Part shown: in pieces, positions 34,444 to 36,725 of the stretch | Numbering within the stretch: the first letter of the stretch is position 1 | How the letters are laid out: each line of letters starts with the position of its first letter | From: a virus | Lineage: Duplodnaviria; Caudoviricetes | DNA: 36,725 nt | Virus record (IMG/VR): IMGVR_UViG_3300020045_013092 | Location: 1-36,725 of that record | Reading direction: 5' to 3' (one strand) | Translations under genes and position numbers: made by a program | The notes under the pieces: model-generated | Databases searched by the model: none | What the model was told of the DNA's origin: nothing | The model's input: the letters and a program-made list of their open reading frames with translations, nothing else

Positions 34444-36492
34444 ATGTCATCGGGTATGCTCGAAAGAAGCCAAGTAGTCCCAAACATATACCAGGGATAC
34501 TATCAAGACGGTAAGCGAGATATCGTAGCCGAAGCAGATGAACGTTATCAAATGAATCTGTCAGCTTGGCAACTTTTCTTTTGGGAACAACTTATTGATA
34601 GAAAAGTTTATCTAGGCGATCAGCGTTATTTAAATCTATATTCTGGTCTTTCTTACGAACATCAAAAATTCATATTTAACGCCTCAATGCCTGTTGTAAA
34701 TATGGTATGTGGTCGACAAAGACAACATCGTAAAGGCACTAGAATGATTGCTGTGCATGGTTCCAGCGATCAAACGGCCTCACAGGCTACTAAATGTATC
34801 CAATCCGCTTATTCTAATGATGATACATATAATACGATATCGAATTGCTTTAAAGAGGCTGCGGGAATTACCGGACTTAGCTTAATGCACTCATACATTG
34901 ATTATAGGAAAGATCCAATTTGTGGTAATCTGAAAACAGAGTGTTATAGCGCTGACATGCTGATGATGGATGCGTTTTGGCGTGATATGTCATTAGATGA
35001 TTGTCAGTTTATACGAACCCGTAAATACTTACACAAAGAACAGGTAAAACAGATGCTTCCGGGTCGAGAGGCTGACATAGACATGCTTAATGACCAGGCC
35101 TATTTCGACACTAAGTTTACCTTTATGCCTCAGCAATATAACATCAGAAGGAAAGGTTTCCTTGCTTATGATGAATATTGGTACTTAACAGATCGTAAGG
35201 CTACATTTATAGTCGATCCTGAAACATATGAAAGCACAGAGGTTAACCTAAATAAAGATGAATTCGATCGTCTAAAATATCAGTTTCCAGAAATTGTTAT
35301 CGTACATGAAAAAGTTCCTACGGTTCATCTTGCAATTATCGTTAATAATACCTGTTTTTATGACGGCCCTAATCCTCTTGGCGTCGATATGTACCCTTTT
35401 ACCCCTTTTGTTGGTTATCACGATCTTGCTAATAATAATTATAGCTTTAGGTACCAGGGCATAATACGAAATATTAGGGATTCACAATACCTTTACAACT
35501 ACCGCAAGCAATTGGAAATGGACTTATTGGCAGCTCAATTTTCTGGTGTAGATGTTGAGGAAGATGCTCTTATTGACGATCAAGATGCTTTTAAAGTAGG
35601 TCCAGGAAAGGTTAGATTCTTTAAAAAAGGAAGACTACAGGCAATAAATGATAAACCAGGAGCGAACATTAATCCAGCTAACTTTCAAGTTACTGAATTC
35701 CTTAAACAGGATATTCAAAGCAATGCTGGAGTTACTCCCGAACTATTGGGTCAAGCGGAAGATTCGGACGTTGGGATTACTGAACAACTTCGACAAGGTG
35801 CGGCCCTTACTACATTGCAAGAATTATTTGATAATTTGGACTTGTCCCAAAGAAATGCTGGTCGCTTACATTGGGCTCTTATTCAGAAGAACTATACGCT
35901 AGGCAAGATACGCAAGATGATCGAGGAAGAGCCTACTAATGAATTCCGAGATAAATCCTTCCAGCAATATGATGCAGTAATCGGAAATGCTCCTCTTACA
36001 GACACATCTAGACAGCTTGCATTTAGACAGAAATACTTCTTATGGAAAGATGGATTCCCAATCCCTCCGGATCAAGTTATGGCTGATCTAGATATTCAAG
36101 ATAAAGATAAGTTAATGGAATCGATTGCTAAGCAGCAACAGGCACAGCAACAGCAGCAAGAACAAATGGCTAAGCTTGAAATGCAAAATCAGCAGATTGT
36201 TAATGAAAGCCTACAATCAAAATCTCAAAGCGATCGCGCGTTAGCTCAAGAAAGAACTCAAAAAGGACAACTTGAACAAGTTTCACTTCTTACTAAGTTC
36301 AATGAGTCTGAACACATGAAGAATTTAGCTACTTTAGATAAGGTTAAAACCGCTAAGGAAGTTGAGTCTATGGGTGTAGATAATTTTGTAAAAATATTTG
36401 AATTGATAAATAATATTCAAAGTAGAGAAGATGAGAAATCGGCAAGAGAGCAAGAAAGTTTAATGAAAAATAAAGAGGTTGCAAATGCATAG
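34444..36492 (+). CDS. Portal protein (P22-like)
   Basis: 682 aa after terL; FN...PVVN.V.G.Q, YPFTPF.G, G.IRN.RD.Q...N, Gln-rich C-terminal coiled coil. Confidence 0.85.
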   Translation: MSSGMLERSQVVPNIYQGYYQDGKRDIVAEADERYQMNLSAWQLFFWEQLIDRKVYLGDQRYLNLYSGLSYEHQKFIFNASMPVVNMVCGRQRQHRKGTRMIAVHGSSDQTASQATKCIQSAYSNDDTYNTISNCFKEAAGITGLSLMHSYIDYRKDPICGNLKTECYSADMLMMDAFWRDMSLDDCQFIRTRKYLHKEQVKQMLPGREADIDMLNDQAYFDTKFTFMPQQYNIRRKGFLAYDEYWYLTDRKATFIVDPETYESTEVNLNKDEFDRLKYQFPEIVIVHEKVPTVHLAIIVNNTCFYDGPNPLGVDMYPFTPFVGYHDLANNNYSFRYQGIIRNIRDSQYLYNYRKQLEMDLLAAQFSGVDVEEDALIDDQDAFKVGPGKVRFFKKGRLQAINDKPGANINPANFQVTEFLKQDIQSNAGVTPELLGQAEDSDVGITEQLRQGAALTTLQELFDNLDLSQRNAGRLHWALIQKNYTLGKIRKMIEEEPTNEFRDKSFQQYDAVIGNAPLTDTSRQLAFRQKYFLWKDGFPIPPDQVMADLDIQDKDKLMESIAKQQQAQQQQQEQMAKLEMQNQQIVNESLQSKSQSDRALAQERTQKGQLEQVSLLTKFNESEHMKNLATLDKVKTAKEVESMGVDNFVKIFELINNIQSREDEKSAREQESLMKNKEVANA

Positions 36493-36691
36493 CCACAAAA
36501 ATACTTCAAATGGCGGCGGATCTAAAGGAAATACAGGAGCTCACTATTCAAAAATAGGTGAGAATAAGGCGCATGTTCCACCTTCTGGAGCATCAAATAG
36601 TTACGAGATGGTTAGAAAAAAGATTGATCATCATGATGATAGATCATTAGCTCATCGTCCTTATACCCGTGAAAAGATGATGAATAAATAA
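36485..36691 (+). CDS. Small basic hypothetical protein
   Basis: GAGG RBS; ATG overlaps the portal end. Confidence 0.5.
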   Translation: MHSHKNTSNGGGSKGNTGAHYSKIGENKAHVPPSGASNSYEMVRKKIDHHDDRSLAHRPYTREKMMNK

Positions 36692-36725
36692 TTTTTAGGG
36701 GAATAGGAAACCGGCAACCTGGCCA

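Noticed and set aside
33038-36492. Introns or inteins in terminase and portal
   Set aside because: Both frames are continuous, of normal length, and lack splice motifs.

Overview
Near-complete (~36.7 kb, AT-rich) genome of a tailed dsDNA phage with a podovirus-like layout. The window opens inside the major capsid gene and closes just after the portal. Gene order: N4-gp56-like capsid gene split by a 369-nt group I intron; virion, adaptor and tail-tube genes; three putative ejection proteins interrupted by a promoter + tRNA-Gly + structured RNA + HNH cassette; an Xis-like HTH; Gly/Ser/Thr-rich fibre genes and a GT-A glycosyltransferase; a leftward early operon (two acidic mini-proteins, RecT-like annealase, YqaJ exonuclease, DUF551, PNK-type HAD phosphatase); a Cro-like HTH; a replication initiator with internal iterons; RusA; terminase small and large subunits; portal. 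I recognised no integrase, endolysin, polymerase or helicase. The most intriguing signals are an uncalled 54-aa FtsK-gamma-like ORF 60 bp from a dif-like site with a degenerate XerD arm (possible Xer-hijacking module), the capsid intron carrying a Zn-ribbon mini-ORF, the tRNA/RNA/HNH cassette, and duplicated gene tails in the early operon. All family assignments are by-eye motif recognition, not database results.
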